Assembly (NCBI RefSeq): GCF_964194155.1
Contig: NC_135887.1
Span: forward strand, 48,422,001-48,486,000
Direction: 5' to 3'
Source of the DNA: Cetorhinus maximus
Taxonomy: Eukaryota
Length of the DNA: 64,000 nt
Positions 40,480 through 53,964 of the stretch are shown here, piece after piece. Each line of letters opens with the position of its first letter. The first letter of the stretch is position 1. The position numbers were made by a program, and so were the translations under genes. The notes beneath the pieces are model-generated. The model saw only the letters and a list, made by a program, of their open reading frames with translations. It was not told the origin of the DNA and ran no database searches.

Positions 40480-40854
40480 ATTGCCACATTACTTTCTCCA
40501 CCAGCCAAATCATTACCCAGAATAAACTCCACCCCTTCAATAGGTGATTTAGGAATAATTCCCACCGTAACAATTCCTTTTACAAAGTGACTTTGTGGCT
40601 TCATAAATTCCATTAATGCCTCTAAGTAACAGTTTTATGAAGGAAAAAGTATCCAGAACACAAACTGTATCAACAGCCACCTTCAATGATTGAGCTGCCC
40701 CAGTATCTCTTAAAATTTTGATTTCTTTACTTATTTTGTTGGAGGAGTAAGGTAACACTTCTCCCTTTGAAACAAAACATCCAGAACCTCTAATAACCTG
40801 ACTTCCTTCACCAGTAAAAAAAACAGAGGAATTCTCCAGACTATCCTGAACCAT
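40480..40854 (-). pseudogene. Retroviral-type aspartic protease, frameshifted
   Basis: IKILRDTGAAQSL active-site motif and C-terminal VEFILGNDLAG motif. Confidence 0.88.
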
Positions 40855-40979
40855 ACCCCCCCTTCCCTGTATGTTCTGAAGAAATATGTTTCACCTGTAC
40901 CACTGCTACAGTTTAAACAACCATTTCCTTTTCTGATGCAACCTTTCCTGAGGATTCCTAGGCGTTCCTACTACTGCAA

Positions 40980-42200
40980 TAGTTCTACCATTTAATCTCC
41001 AGTAATCGGCCCGAATGTATCCCGCCTTGTCTAATGGAAAGACTTGGGCCCTCAAATGTCACTTCACCCTCAGTGCCCTCCTTTCTGATCTGAGAAGAAG
41101 CTTCCTGGGAATTCCCAACTGTCCCTTCTCTTCCCTAGCTACTTGCCTTCCTGTCTTCTGTCCCTCTCAGGTTTGTGGGGATGACAGAAAAAGGGTTTGG
41201 AGTTATGGACCAGTTCATAATCGTCAGCCATCTCCACTGTCTGTCTCTGTGTTTTAACCCTCTGGTCTTCAACATGGGTTCTAACTACAGGAGGAAGTGA
41301 ATCTTTAAATTCTTCTAAGAGAATTATTTCCCTAGGAGCTTCATATGTTGTCTCAACCTTTAATGCTTGTATCCTGCAGTCAAAATTACTCTACCTGCTC
41401 AAACTCAATACAGGTCTGCCCAGACTGTTTCTTTATATTCCAAAATTTCTGCCTGTATGCCTCAGGGACCAACTCATACGCACTAAGAATAGACTTTTTT
41501 TAATGCGTTATAATCCACAGTAACCTCTTCTAACAGCGGTGCATCAAACTTTTAAGCTCTACCCGCCAACCTACTCTGTTAGAGCAATGTCCAGATCTCT
41601 TTCGGCCACTTCATTTGCTTAGCTATATTTTCAAACAAGATAAAAAATGCCTCTACATCTCTTTCCTCAAACTTTGGAAGGGCTTGCACAAATTTAAACA
41701 TCTCCCCACTGGGCTTTGGGTTGGAGATAGTCATTTCACCATCAGAATCATCCTCAGCATCTGAGGCCCCGTTTTTAAAGTCCAGCCTTTTAACCTGGTA
41801 TTCCTTTTCTTGTTCCTTCTCTCTTCCCCCCATTGCTAACTTTTCTCTCTGGAGGTCACATTCTCTTGCCTTATCTCACTTCTGTCTTTCTACTCGCTCC
41901 CTTTGAAATGCTCTCTCTTTTTCCCTTTCCTCTCTTTCTTTTTCCTCCAATTCAAGTTTTTTAATTTGCTACTGAATCTTAGCCAATTCAATTGCCTCAC
42001 CCGTTGGAGAATGTGGTCTCTCTGGTATCCCTTCCAATTTCAAATGCTGTGCTATTATGTCAACAATATTTGCTTTCCTCACCCCTTTGGGTAATTCTAA
42101 CTCCAACTTAGCCACCAATTCCATTTGCTTGCTCTTGGTACTTTTTGTAAACCGGTCAGGGTTACATCTTCCAACTGTAAAAAAAAAGCTGCAGCAACTT
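40980..42200 (-). pseudogene. Disrupted gag (coiled coil, capsid-like domain, decayed zinc knuckle)
   Basis: MELVAKLELELPKGVRKANIVDIIAQHL; FVQALPKFEERDVEAFFILFENIAKQMKWPKEIWTLL; ILSAYELVPEAYRQKF; stops and frameshifts present. Confidence 0.85.
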
Positions 42201-42359
42201 CCAAAGTTACTTTGAATTCCAATCTGTATAATATACCTCACAGCAACTCCAACTCCTATGTCCAACCTTAGTACCTCCAGGTACTCATTAGAGGATTCAC
42301 AGATCCCACCAATGTTCAAGGATTTCCAATCCCACAAGAGGTCCCACCTTATAACAATA

Positions 42360-42377
42360 ATCTCGCACGAGCCCCCA
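42360..42377 (-). promoter_or_regulatory. Primer-binding site, tRNA-Pro
   Basis: TGGGGGCTCGTGCGAGAT versus the canonical tRNA-Pro PBS TGGGGGCTCGTCCGGGAT (16/18), 3 nt from the LTR. Confidence 0.9.
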
Positions 42378-42380
42378 CTT

Positions 42381-43715
42381 TCTTATGATCCCAGTTGATG
42401 TTACTATTGGACAAGCCAAATCCCGGGTTGGAACCCGGCTTGATAAGATCCTAGCTATTTTTTGTTTAGATACGCCAAGAGTGGCTACTGAACAGAGTCA
42501 CAGGAGTTAGCTGATGAACTTTTAACAAAAGAATAAAACATCTATTAAGCAACCAAAAGATTAACTATATTTCAATACTCCTTCACCCACAACTACATCT
42601 TTACAGATAAATACAGATTCGTAAGGAAAACACCAGTTACGAAAGCTACCTTATACTGTAACGTTCACAGTAAGTACCCAGTCCAAATAAATCAATATAT
42701 GATCCGTGGTCAGGCACACCACACTCTGAAACCAAGTGCCAGATGCGACTCCAAACAGATACTATGGATCTCTCACCAATTCTCCCCAGACGCTTGACAG
42801 ACCATGAGCCAACTGGTCTCACTGAATCTCCACTCCTGAAAAACTTGCTTTGGAATCTTCTCCCAACCAATGCTCTCTCTCAGATGCCTTCCACAATTGT
42901 CCACCTCCACAGTTTTGAATTCCCCTTCTGATATTCCTCTCCCCTGGATCACCATGTGCATTCAAGCTTTATTCCACACACACACACTCTGGCTCAGCCA
43001 TGCCAATAGAACACCACTGCTTCACATGCCCATAGTAAAGAGTTACAGCCGTTCAGCTGTCTCCTTGGATCTTTTGGCTTCTTGCAAGCCAATATTGCTT
43101 TAAATCTGCTTTCTGCAGCCTCTCCCTTTAAGCTTGGAGCCTTTCTCTGCTCCTCACTCTTAACTTCACTTGTCAGGACCTTTTCCAGATTCCTCTTCAT
43201 TCCCTTTGACGAGAAGGTCTTCTCGGGGCCCTCTTTTTGTGTCCTTTGTTGGGGAAACCTGCTTCCTGCAACTCCCTCCTGTCCAGCTTCACTTGGCAAT
43301 CAGCTTCAACTTTAGTTTGGAACTTGCTATCTGTCCCTCCTCCTACGCTGCCTCTGCTGGCAACTCCTTTTAACTTTAGAACACAATGACAAACTGAACT
43401 CAAACTATTTTCGGTTTGTGTGTGTGTGTTCTCTCTCTGGACTCCCTGTTGCTAGGTAACAGCACACTTTTTTTTCTACTTTGTTTTAACTTCCCTAAAC
43501 CACTACCCCCCTTGACAACGCAACTCTCCAAGTCAATTGTCATAAAACTCATTAAAAATGCAGGCATCTTTTAAAGTGAAACTAAAACTCAGGTTTCATC
43601 CTATTAACCCACAAATACAGAAATACAAATGAACCTTGGAGATTAAAGCTAAAACTCATTCCTAGCACACACAAATACACATATAACTACTTAAAACTGT
43701 ATCTACTTCCTAACA
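42381..43715 (-). repeat. 5' LTR of the TPR-carrying element
   Basis: Colinear with 37920-39247; lies immediately next to the PBS. Confidence 0.92.
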
Positions 43716-45039
43716 AACGCCCTTCATGGTCAGACAGCCTGCCAGCACTGGCTTTCTAAACTCACATTAGAAGAGTGGACATTTGGACAGGGTATTGATT
43801 ACAGCTTATTTATTTGCGGATCCATAAACTCCACAAGAAGCAGAACCTTCAAGAAGGAAAACAAACAGGTGTGTCGCAGCTGTGTTCAATTTTAGAGGCA
43901 GATAGTGGCAGTTTTAGTGAAGAAGTACATTGAATAAGACCATCTCAGGGACCTATAATTTATATGAAGTCACGGATGAAGCAACCATATCACGCCCCTC
44001 CTCCCTGTGTCAGCAAGTTATTTACAACTCCCAATGACCAGAGAAAGGTTGCAGCAATTCATTCAGGTTTCTCTCACTCGTCCCAACAGGCTTTCTGCAG
44101 TGCTGCAAAAAGGCTAGTATAATGTGATCGCCATGGTAATGCCAGCCTGCCACCAACATTGGCCTTTAACTGAGAAGGGCGGGCGGCTCCAGCTGTGAAT
44201 AAGCTCTGCAGCAAATAATTTTTTCCCCCAAGAGGTTACTTGGGTCCCTCAGGCTTAACCAGACTGACTGTTCAATTTTCGTTGCTGTTCTGTTGCTATG
44301 GCTACAGCAAATTGTTTAACAGTAACCACATTTGGGGTCCCGAGTTTTGCAAGAAAAGCTATCATAGACGTAATTTTTCATCCAGTCACTGGCTTTATAT
44401 AAAATCTGTAAAAAAAACATCGTAATCTGTTAATCTGTCACTGGAAATCAAGATAAATTATTCCACATGAATTTCTGTTAATGTGGAGCTAGCACATTGC
44501 AACTGGCTTGAAGGAAAATGATCAGGAACCAGTCACAGATCGACTAAAATTACTCAGAACACATTTTTAAACAGAAATAAACAGTTCAAAAATCCTTTTT
44601 TTTTTAAAAAGGGTAGCTACCAAACTGAATATTTGGAATCCATTTTCTATTCTTAAATTACATTGCGTGTACATCATGACAGTGCAAATTGTCACTCTTC
44701 CCTCTCCCCAGATTGTCAGATTTTGGTCAGTCTGTTCATTACCATATTTTGAACGATTTCTATCTGTTACAACTTCTCGTATATCATGTTTGTTACATAT
44801 ACAACAACAGCATCTTGCATATATACAGCACTTCAATTATTAAAACCGAGGCACTTCACAGAAGAGTAATCAACCAAGATGTGACAATGAGCCAGAAAAC
44901 TTTGATTGAAAAGTGTCTTTAATATGAAACATCCCAAAATGCTTCACAGGAGTATTACAAAATATGACACCCAAGCCACATAAGGAGATATTAGGTCAGA
45001 TGACCAGGCTGGGGGCAGGTGGGGAGAATAGCGTGTGGA

Positions 45040-45182
45040 AGGGAGAAAGAACAGGAGGGAGGAGGAGGAGGAGAGACAAGGGAGGAGAGGGGGGAGACAA
45101 GAGAGGAGGGGGGGAGACAAGAGAGGAGGAGGAGAGACAAGGCTGGAGGAGGAGAGACAGGAGAGACAAAGGGAAAAGGGGG
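45040..45182. repeat. Purine-rich degenerate minisatellite (ggagacaag/aggagg units)
   Basis: Directly visible. Confidence 0.85.
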
Positions 45183-46654
45183 ATTAGTGTTTTGACTGTC
45201 AATGTGTTTGTGGAATGCAGCTGACCTACATTTGTTTTTTGCTGGATTTATCCTTCATTGTGTGATTTATAATTGCCACCTGGTCTGTCAATAGGTTAAA
45301 GCCTTCACTATGCCAGAATAGGTCTCTTTAACAACTTGCCACTATAAGCAGCAGCAGACGAAAGTGACAGGCTATAGATTACATAGAGCATGCGTCAAAT
45401 GTTTCACAGCTCATGGGCTGGAGAAATAGACACATGCTCTGTATCTGCATGAAATTCAAAAACACAGCCTATCAATGTGATTTATGAAATGTCTTGTCTC
45501 CAAAGGTTTCCATGAAATGTGGGTTGCATTTTCATATTCCTTTTTCTCTCTCATACCTCTCCACTTCCCTTCTAATTAACCTATCATTCCCTTTGCAGTG
45601 TCTGACATCACCCTTCTCATAACTTAATCTCACCTCTCTCTCTCCCCATGTTTCATATTCCCTCTTCCTCTAATTCCCTGCATCATTCTCTTCCTCCCCT
45701 TCCACTGCACCCTTCCTCCCAAATTCTATCTATCCCCTTCTCTCATTTGCTTTTCTTTCCCCTTATTGTGTGCCTCCTCTGTAATTTCCTTTCTTTTCTC
45801 CCCGATCCCAGAGTGTACCTTCATTCCTGCTAATGGCATTTAGCCTCTTTTCTGGAATCAAGGCAAAGGCTTTTGCTTATGGTGGAATACTTTGTTTTAG
45901 GTTTGAGCATGGCCCACTGGATATGGTGCTGCATTTCAGTTGAAACTAGATAACTCACTTCAGCAAAGGACAAGATATGAGTGCATCGTATGGTAGATCC
46001 ATAATTAAAACCAGGATTTGGTTGTACTTATTTTGAATGGTCTATATTGCATTTCTACAGCATCTAAGGTACTCTATAGAGGAAAAGGAGAAAAGCAGAT
46101 AAAAAAGGGATAAAAGAATGGGTGCTGGGAGAGTTAAGAAAGGTGACTAAAAACTCGGTTGGCAAATTATTTTTTGGGAGATTTTTTTTTTAAAAAAGGT
46201 GGAGAATTGCTGGGAGTGAGTTAAGACAGTGTGGCCAAGTTGGAAGAATCCCATCACCAATAGTGAGGTGAAAGATAGAGGAAACACAAAGGACTCGGGG
46301 AAGAGATGAAGTCAGTGGTCTTAAGCTTATTATGGAGACTGATGTTTAGGCAGTCAGCCAGTTCGATACTTTCAACTGACAGAGTTTAAAATAACTTCTT
46401 TTCTGAATGCTATGATTTGGAAAAAAAACTTTCAAATCTGTATCAGTACATGATATGGAACGTACAACAGCTTTCAACAATAATGAACAGAAAACATTTA
46501 TAATGCAGCAACTTCATTTACTAAATTTCCTCATACTCTCAATTAATTCTGCTATTTGTTATGAAAGGCCTACGTTTCCAAAAATACTTCTAAATTATGT
46601 AAAAGACAGGCCCAATCTAAGTTTCCTCAGATACATTTTTAATTTCCTTACTTG

Positions 46655-46930
46655 TCCCATTACCACCCCCCTTTCGCCTTGCATCATCATCTCGTCATAT
46701 AATCTCTCCCGTCTTTCATCATATCACAGTCCTTCCCTCTTGCTCGTCCCCCCCATTTCTTCCCTGCTTCCGTACTTGCTTTAAATGTGTTTAATCTCTA
46801 ACTTTTTCCAGCTCTGATGAAAAGTCATCAACCTGAAACATTTACTCTGTTTCCCTACAGATGCTGCCTGACCTACTTCACCTCACTCATTTTCTGTTCA
46901 GATTCCCTGCAACTGAGGTATTTGCCCTTG
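46655..46930 (+). mobile_element. Old Penelope 3' tail with a decayed hammerhead (CUGAUGA at 46814..GAAAC)
   Basis: ctgatgaaaagtcatcaacctgaaacatt followed by cagatgctgcctgacct, as in the younger tails. Confidence 0.6.
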
Positions 46931-47208
46931 TCTTAGGTCCTAAAACTTAGGAACTCAGTTTTCATTTGTGTTGCGGCATATCTGTGAAGGCACTAAATTT
47001 ATTCTAGTTACATATTCTAGTTACTCCAAAGAGTCAGAATGAGTAGATGGTAGCCCTCCTTTCTGTGGCTAATACTGCCCTTTGCTATCTGTACTTCATA
47101 CAATGAAACTGGAGTTCAAACAAAGTTTTGAAAGAGCTACATTTCAGTCACTGAAGATGCATGCTCAGTTCCAGAAATGCTGATTGGTCATCCTTAATGA
47201 ACGTTGGG

Positions 47209-47274
47209 TAAAACCTGTTTCTGTATGAGTTACAGCCAGAATAAAACCTGTTTCTGTATGAGTTACAGCCAGAA
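47209..47274. repeat. Perfect 33-bp tandem duplication
   Basis: taaaacctgtttctgtatgagttacagccagaa repeated twice. Confidence 0.95.
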
Positions 47275-47386
47275 ATTTGCAACGTGCACTCATCAAACCT
47301 TTAATAATTGAAATACTTAGTTTACTCTGTTTTCTATCTTGATCCTGTTCTAGATGTACAGCAATTATAATTCTGCATTCAGGTGA

Positions 47387-50300
47387 TGTAGCAACTAGAT
47401 GTATTATCCTCCCTCCTATCAATCACTCATCATGTGATGTGATTACAGTGACTTTGGCCAATAAGCTTATGGGTAATCCTGTCGGCGGGGCTTCTGACAG
47501 AGAGATCGCAACTAGCGTGCAAGCACTTCTACTTGTCTCCTAAAGTTTAGCTTTTTCTTCACCAAACCTACTGCTCTATCAAGGTATTACTTTTGGTGAC
47601 GAGGATAAAACTGGCTTCTGCTGTGATTGATGTGGTTGATGTGAGCAAAACTAAGTTGAACAATACTAACAGTCAAGCCGCTGTTTGGAAGAACCAATTC
47701 ATACAATGTTAACATTGAAGACTGGAGTCAGTATGTTGATAGACTCGGGTTCCATTTCACCGCGAACAAGATTACTGAAGAAAAACGTGAAGTTATCCTG
47801 CTGAGTGCATGTGGAAGCAAAACATATAACCTGATTCAAAACCTGACTGCCCTGAATGCGCCCAGTTCTAAGTCGTACAGCGAATTAGTGGAACTCATGA
47901 AATTGCACTTTCAGCCAAAGCTGTCTGTGATCATGCAGCGCTTGAAGTTTAATTCAAGAGTTCATGTCCTGGGAGAGTCCATTGCCACCTTTGTGGCAAC
48001 TGTGAAACAGTTAACCGAGTACTGAGAGTTTGGGGATGCCTTGAATGATACGCTGCGGGACAGACTTGTATGCGGAGTCAAGGACGACACCTACAGCGCT
48101 GCTTGAGAGCCAAATCCGACAATGATTTCAAGCATGGCCTAATACTTTCTCTTGCTTTGGAAAATGCCACAAAAGACTCTCAGGCTTTGCAGCATGTGGA
48201 TATTGGCACCATACTCCATGTTGGGTAGGAACCTGCCCTGAGCGTGGCACCAAGAACAGAATAGCAGATTTTAAACACGATTCTATGCCCATTACACGAA
48301 GACTTAGCAACCCTAAATGATAACATGCCAGCTGATAGGATACGCATTTGCTACAGATATGCAGGAAATCATGGAGCAGACATTTGTAGATTCAAAGAGG
48401 CAGAGTGCAATTATTGCTACAGGAAAGGACAGCTGGTTAGGCATTGCAGAACAAAGGATAGGCAAACAGCAAAACAACAAACAAATCTGTTGAGCTAACT
48501 GATACAAAGGCTGAGGCTGCTACCACTGATATACACTCTATCATGTGACTACTGTTAAATCTGAGCCCACAAGAGTGCCTCAGGGCAAGTGAATGGCAAG
48601 CAACTGCAGATGGAGGTGGATACTGGTGCTTCAGCTACTGTTGTTGGGGAGCACACGTTCAAGTACCTCAGTGAAGGGGGTTGGCCTTTGATATTGGAGT
48701 GGATGCCCACCAAGCTGAGAACTTACACTGGAAAATCCATTCAGGTCAAAGGCATTGCTGCTGTCCCAGTCTGCTACAAACAACAGACAGCCCAACTGCC
48801 TGTGATAATTGTAAAGGGGGAGGGGCCCAGTCTTTTGGGTCGAGATTGGCTGCAAAAAATTAAAATTGACAGGTCAGAAATACTCCATTTGAAGTCCGAT
48901 GGAATTCCAGAGCTCTGGAAGAAATATGACACTGTTTTTCAAGACAAAATGGGAAAACTGAAGAGCATGCAAGATAAAATGCACGTCGATCCCCAGGCAG
49001 CATCACGTTTCTTCAAAGCCAGACCACTGCCTTACTCACCAAAAGAAAAAGTGGAAGCAGAGTTGTGCAGGTTGGAAAACCTGGGAATAATTCAGCCTGT
49101 TCAGTTTTCTGGGTGGACTGCACCCATAGTTCCAGTTGTCAAGACAGACCAGCCTATACGCATATGCCGTGACTACAAATAGTCAACAAAGCAGCCAAGT
49201 TAGACAAATACCCCACTCCTACAATCGATGAGTTGTACGCCAAGTTAGCAGGAGGCAAGTCATAGACAAAACTAGGCACGAGTCATGCCTATCAACAATT
49301 GGAATTGGAAAACACGTCAAGGGAATACGTGACTATTAATACCCATAAAGGCCTCTACCAGTACACCCGATTACCTTTTGGAGTTTCATTAGCATACGCT
49401 ATTTTTCAGCGAACCGTGAAGAGTCTCCTGCAGGGACGTCCACATGTGGTTGTGTACTTAGATGACGTTCTCATCACTGGGCAGACTGAAGCTGAACATT
49501 TAGCCAACCTTGAGGAAGTGGTAAGATTTATGGAAGCAGGTGTGTGTTTCAAGCAAGAAAAATGCACATTTCACACATCGGAGGTAACCTATCTGGGTCA
49601 CAGAGTGGATGCTATGGGGTTGCATCCTGATGAAGACAAGGTTCAAGCAATTAAAAATGCACCGTCACCCTCTAATGTGACAGAGCTTAAATTTTTCCTA
49701 GGTATGATTAATTACTATAGTCGTGTTTCACCTAATTTATCCACTGGCACCACTGCATTTGTTGCTGAGGAATAACCACCACTGGTCATGGCGTTCACAG
49801 CAAGGTGAAGCCTTTGTAATAGTGATGAAACTGCTTCATTCATCATGCTTGTTGGTGCATTATGACCGACCTAAAGAGCTAATGTTAATGTGTGATGCTT
49901 CTCCTTATGGTGTAGGAGCCGTTCTATCACATCAAATGGAGGACGGATCAGAAAGATCCATTGGCTACATTTCAAGAACACTTTTCCAAGATGATAAGGG
50001 CTACTCTCAGTTAGAAAAAGAAGGATTATCAGGTTTACTTAGTGTCAAGAAGTTCACCAATTCCTACACGGGCAACATTTTACAATTGTAACTGACCATA
50101 AGCTGCTGACAGGTTTGTTCAGCGAAGACAAAGACATCCCGCCTACAGCTTCAGCGAAATCCAACGTTGGGCTTTGATGCTATGAGCTCACGAGTACACA
50201 TTCATGTACGGCCCTGTCTTGCATATAGCCAATGCAAATGCATTTGGTCGTCTTCCGTTACCAGTAGCTTTGTCAATACACCCGTTCCACAAGAGTTAAT

Positions 50301-51906
50301 GTTATTGTTAAATTTCTTGGGTTTATCACCTGTATGTGCCAAACAGATCAAGAATTGGACGACCAGGGACCCAGTGCTGTCAAAAGTCAAAAACTTTGTT
50401 TTACAGGGATGGCCAAGAACACTTGTGTCTGATGACTCATTCACAAAACAATGAACGTTGGAACTTTGCTTTGGGGTCCCATCACAGGGTAGAGTGTCAC
50501 TCTTGGCAGAGCTTCAGAGTGCACACCCAGGCATATCAAAGATGGTGATGCTGGCATGTACCTACGTCTGGTGGCCAGGAATAGACAGTGACATCGAGAG
50601 CATGGTTAAACACTTTGCCAGCAACACCAGAAGCTACATGTTTCAGCTCCTCTTCACTCATGGGAATGGCCTGGCTGACCTTGGGTTAGACTGTATATTG
50701 ACTATGTGGGACCGTTTCTAGGCACCATGTTCCAATTAATCAACTATGCATATTCAAAATGGCTTGATGTCTACGAAGTAAAAACATCAGCTTCAGCCGC
50801 AACTATTGAAAAGCTGCACCATTCCTTCAGTATGCATGGTTTACCTGAGATTGTTGCTTCTGATAATGGAACAGCTTTCACCAGTGTGGAATTTCAGAGA
50901 TTCATGGACCTGAGCGGTATCTTGCACATAAAGACCGCTCCCTGGTGTCCTTCACCCAATGGTCTCGCTGAAAGAGCTGTCCAGACCTTTAAAGTTGCTA
51001 TGATGAAGTTATCTGGAGGTACTCTGGAGTCTCACCTTTCCAGATTTCTCCTAAGTTACCATACAACACCATATACTGCTGCAGCTCGACACCGTTACTG
51101 ATAAAATGCCGTTTGCGTACATGTTTACACTTGGTGCTTCCAAATCTAGAGGGGAAGGTGACACAGAGCCAGAATAATCAAAAATTGAACCACAATCTGC
51201 ACAGCAAGGCTCGTACGTTCCATGTAGGCGACCCTGAGTATGTGGGTATTTTGGAAGAGGACCCTGTTGGACTCCAGGAGCCATCATTTCAGAGACCGGT
51301 CCATTATCTTTTCAAGTGCATGTTGAAGATAGAATTGTACATAAACAGGTCGATCATATTAGGGCTAGCGAAACATCCCAACTAATGCAAGCTCAACCTG
51401 TGATTGATGCTTCACTGCCGATTTCAGAGGTGTGTGATCATCCTAGAGCTGATATTCTAGGGGTATCTAACGAGTTGCCAAGTACAGAACTACCCAGTTC
51501 CAACAATGTATCTCTCAGTGCGGCTCCAGATCACATTAATCCTGTTCAGGAACCTCCTTCAGTAGAGCTATACCGCTCTAACCATCTCCACCGAGCTTCT
51601 CAGAGACTTGATTTGTAATAGCCAGAGATTGTACAAATGTTTGCTGGTTTTTCTGCCGTTTTTTTTTATTGAAAATGTAAGAAACTTAAAGGGGGAGGAA
51701 CTGTAGTATTGTCCCTCCCTCTTGTCAATCACTCATCATGTGACAGGATTACAGGGGCTTTGACCAGTAAACTTATTGTGTGGGTAATCCTATGGGCAGG
51801 GCTTCTGATAGCAAGATCACACCTAGTGTGCAAGCACCTCTATATGCCTCCCAAATAAAGTTTAGCCTTTTCTTCACCAAACCTGCTGCTCCATCAAATT
51901 ATTACA
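47387..51906 (+). mobile_element. Full-length decayed Gypsy (Mag-type) LTR retrotransposon
   Basis: LTRs 47387-47591 and 51702-51906, TSD ggtga (47382-47386, 51907-51911), PBS tggtgacgagga at 47594 (tRNA-Ser GCU-like), PPT aaagggggaggaa at 51688-51700. Confidence 0.93.
47670..51618 (+). pseudogene. gag-pol (PR-RT-RNase H-IN), disrupted
   Basis: MEVDTGAS (PR), YQYTRLPFG..VYLDDVLI (RT), CDASPYGVGAVL (RH), HPGISKM..YVWWPGID and SDNGTAFTS..SPNGLAERAVQTFK (IN). Confidence 0.93.
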
Positions 51907-51959
51907 GGTGATTGTCAGGAGCAGCAGAGTTCATCACTGTGATGCCTCGTTCATACTTG

Positions 51960-53710
51960 TGAATTGACAGAGAGTTGTTATAATCACATTATTCTGTCCA
52001 AATGAATCCCATGGTGGAACCTGGCCAAAGCTGACTGGGGCTATTAAAGGGAAGCCATCAAGAAAGCAGTCATCGGAATTCCCCAACACCAAATCTTATC
52101 ACAACCTTTTTGGCTTCCTTACCAAGACCAAAAAGAGCACTCTACAGGGCTTCCAGGAAGAATACACTCCCTGCTAAAGAAAGGGCTTGTTCCAGCAGTT
52201 CAGTTAGGCAGCCGTTAGGATCTATTAGGATTGCAACAGCCCTACTACAGTCTCTATACTGAGCCAGATGCTAGTGGTGGTCTGAATGTGTGTAAAGCCT
52301 AGACTTCACACACTCTAATCACCATGCATGGGCCTTAATTCAACAGAATCACAAAATTGTTACAGCGCAGGAGGCGGCCATTTGACCCATTGTGGCTGCA
52401 CTGGCTTTCAGAATGAGCAATTCACTTAGTGCCATTGTCTTACCTTCTCCCCGAAACCCTGCACATTCTTCCTCTTCAAATAACTTTCTAATTCCTTTTT
52501 GAATGCCTCGATTGAACGTGTCTCCACCACACTCTCAGGGAGTCCATTCGAGACTTAAATCACTCGCTGCATGGTGAGTTTTTTCTCATATGGTTTTTGC
52601 TTCTTTTGTCAATTACTTTAAATCTGTGCCTTCTCGTTCCCGATCCCTTCATGAGTGGGAACAGTTTCTCCCCATCTACTCTGTCCAGACCCATCATGAT
52701 TTTGAATTCCACTATCAAATCTCCTCTCAGCCTTCTCTTCTCAAAGGAAAACAGTCCTAACTTCTTCAATCTATCTTCATACCTGAAGTTCCTCACTCCT
52801 GGAACCATTCTTGTGAATCTTTTCTGCAATATGTATTGTAAAGTAACAACCGTGGCCTGGATTTTAACCTACTGACCTGTTGAGAGCTGGGAGGAGGCGT
52901 TGGTAAGACACAGAGGAGCCTTGTATGCAGAGCTCCCCAGTGCACCTGCAGCGTGATGTAACCGATCTGTTCCCTACCTGGTCCAAGTCTCAGGGAACCC
53001 CGGCCGTCCATAGTTAAATTCCAAAAGTAGAACAACAACGGATGTTTTGGAGTTACTGTCTAACAAGATATCAGACCTCAAAAGTCCAGCTCAACTCCAC
53101 AGCCTCCAAACTAGTGGGGAATACAAAAAGATCAAGCAAGAGGTTTGCTTTCAACTACACCAGACAAAGAACTCAGTCCCTCCACAAGACCCACCACTAT
53201 CAGCACAAATTAAGAGGAGGGTTTAGCCATAATGAAGAAAGGGAAGGCAGCCAACATTGTAGCACCACCTAACCCTCCCACACCACTCCAATGGGGTTCC
53301 AGCTTAAATGCTGTTGCTGCCACCAAGTTTTGGGCCTGACAACACACACTGAAGCTAGATCCCAGGAGCAATATAAAACCTGTCATCGGACGACAGTATG
53401 GTCTAGGTTAAAGGACTAATGCTGAAGCTCTCAAAGATTATCCCCTGCTTCAAAACACTATGCTTGCTCTACAGCAATAGGTGGCTGTGTCCACCTGTGC
53501 GACAGTTTGCCCTGCCTCCTCGAAAAAGGACTGCCACAAGGCTCAGTACTCTCACAGTATTTAACGTTTACACAAATGTTATAATCAACAAAGTTGCACA
53601 AACTTGCAACCACCTTTAACAAGATCAAGCCCATCTTGAATGGGGCCCTAAACACTATGGAGGAATATTTCCAGAAATGGAAGTTCTAGCCAAACCACCG
53701 CAGAACAACA
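51960..53710 (+). mobile_element. Very decayed Ingi/Vingi-like LINE relic, interrupted by the CR1 at 52345
   Basis: WNLAKADW (APE-RT linker) and ..FNVYTN..LNTMEEYFQKWKF*PN (RT remnant). Confidence 0.4.
52345..52829 (-). mobile_element. CR1 3' fragment
   Basis: QKRFTRMVPG..LGLFSFEKRRLRGDL. Confidence 0.85.
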
Positions 53711-53964
53711 CTCACTATATTCCATCTTATGCAAGGAAGGCGGCCATTTAGCCCATCACATCCTTGCTGGTCAATAAACAACCATCCAGCCTAAGCCCAT
53801 TTCCTGCTTTTGGTCCATAGCCTTGTAGGTTACAGTATCTCAAATATAGATCCAAGTACTTTTTAAATGTTATGAGGATTTCTGCCTCTACCACCATTTC
53901 AGGTGGTAGATAACAGCAACACTAAGTGCACCTTGAAAGAGATTTTCCGCAGCAACTCTTTACT

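Larger units (their letters stand above)
37920..43715 (-). mobile_element. Non-autonomous Gypsy (Gmr1-like) LTR element: gag + protease + captured TPR-like coiled coil, with no RT/RNase H/IN
   Basis: Two ~1.33-kb direct repeats, both starting TGTTAGG on the minus strand. PBS at 42360-42377, PPT at 39248-39257, TSD aatg (37916-37919) / aacg (43716-43719). Gag and aspartic-protease motifs in the 3.1-kb internal region. Confidence 0.92.

Noticed and set aside
44964-45224. Arg/Gly/Glu-rich ORF
   Set aside because: Translation of a purine-rich minisatellite.
47209-47274. CRISPR-like 33-bp direct repeat
   Set aside because: Two adjacent units with no spacer, in eukaryotic DNA; a simple tandem duplication.
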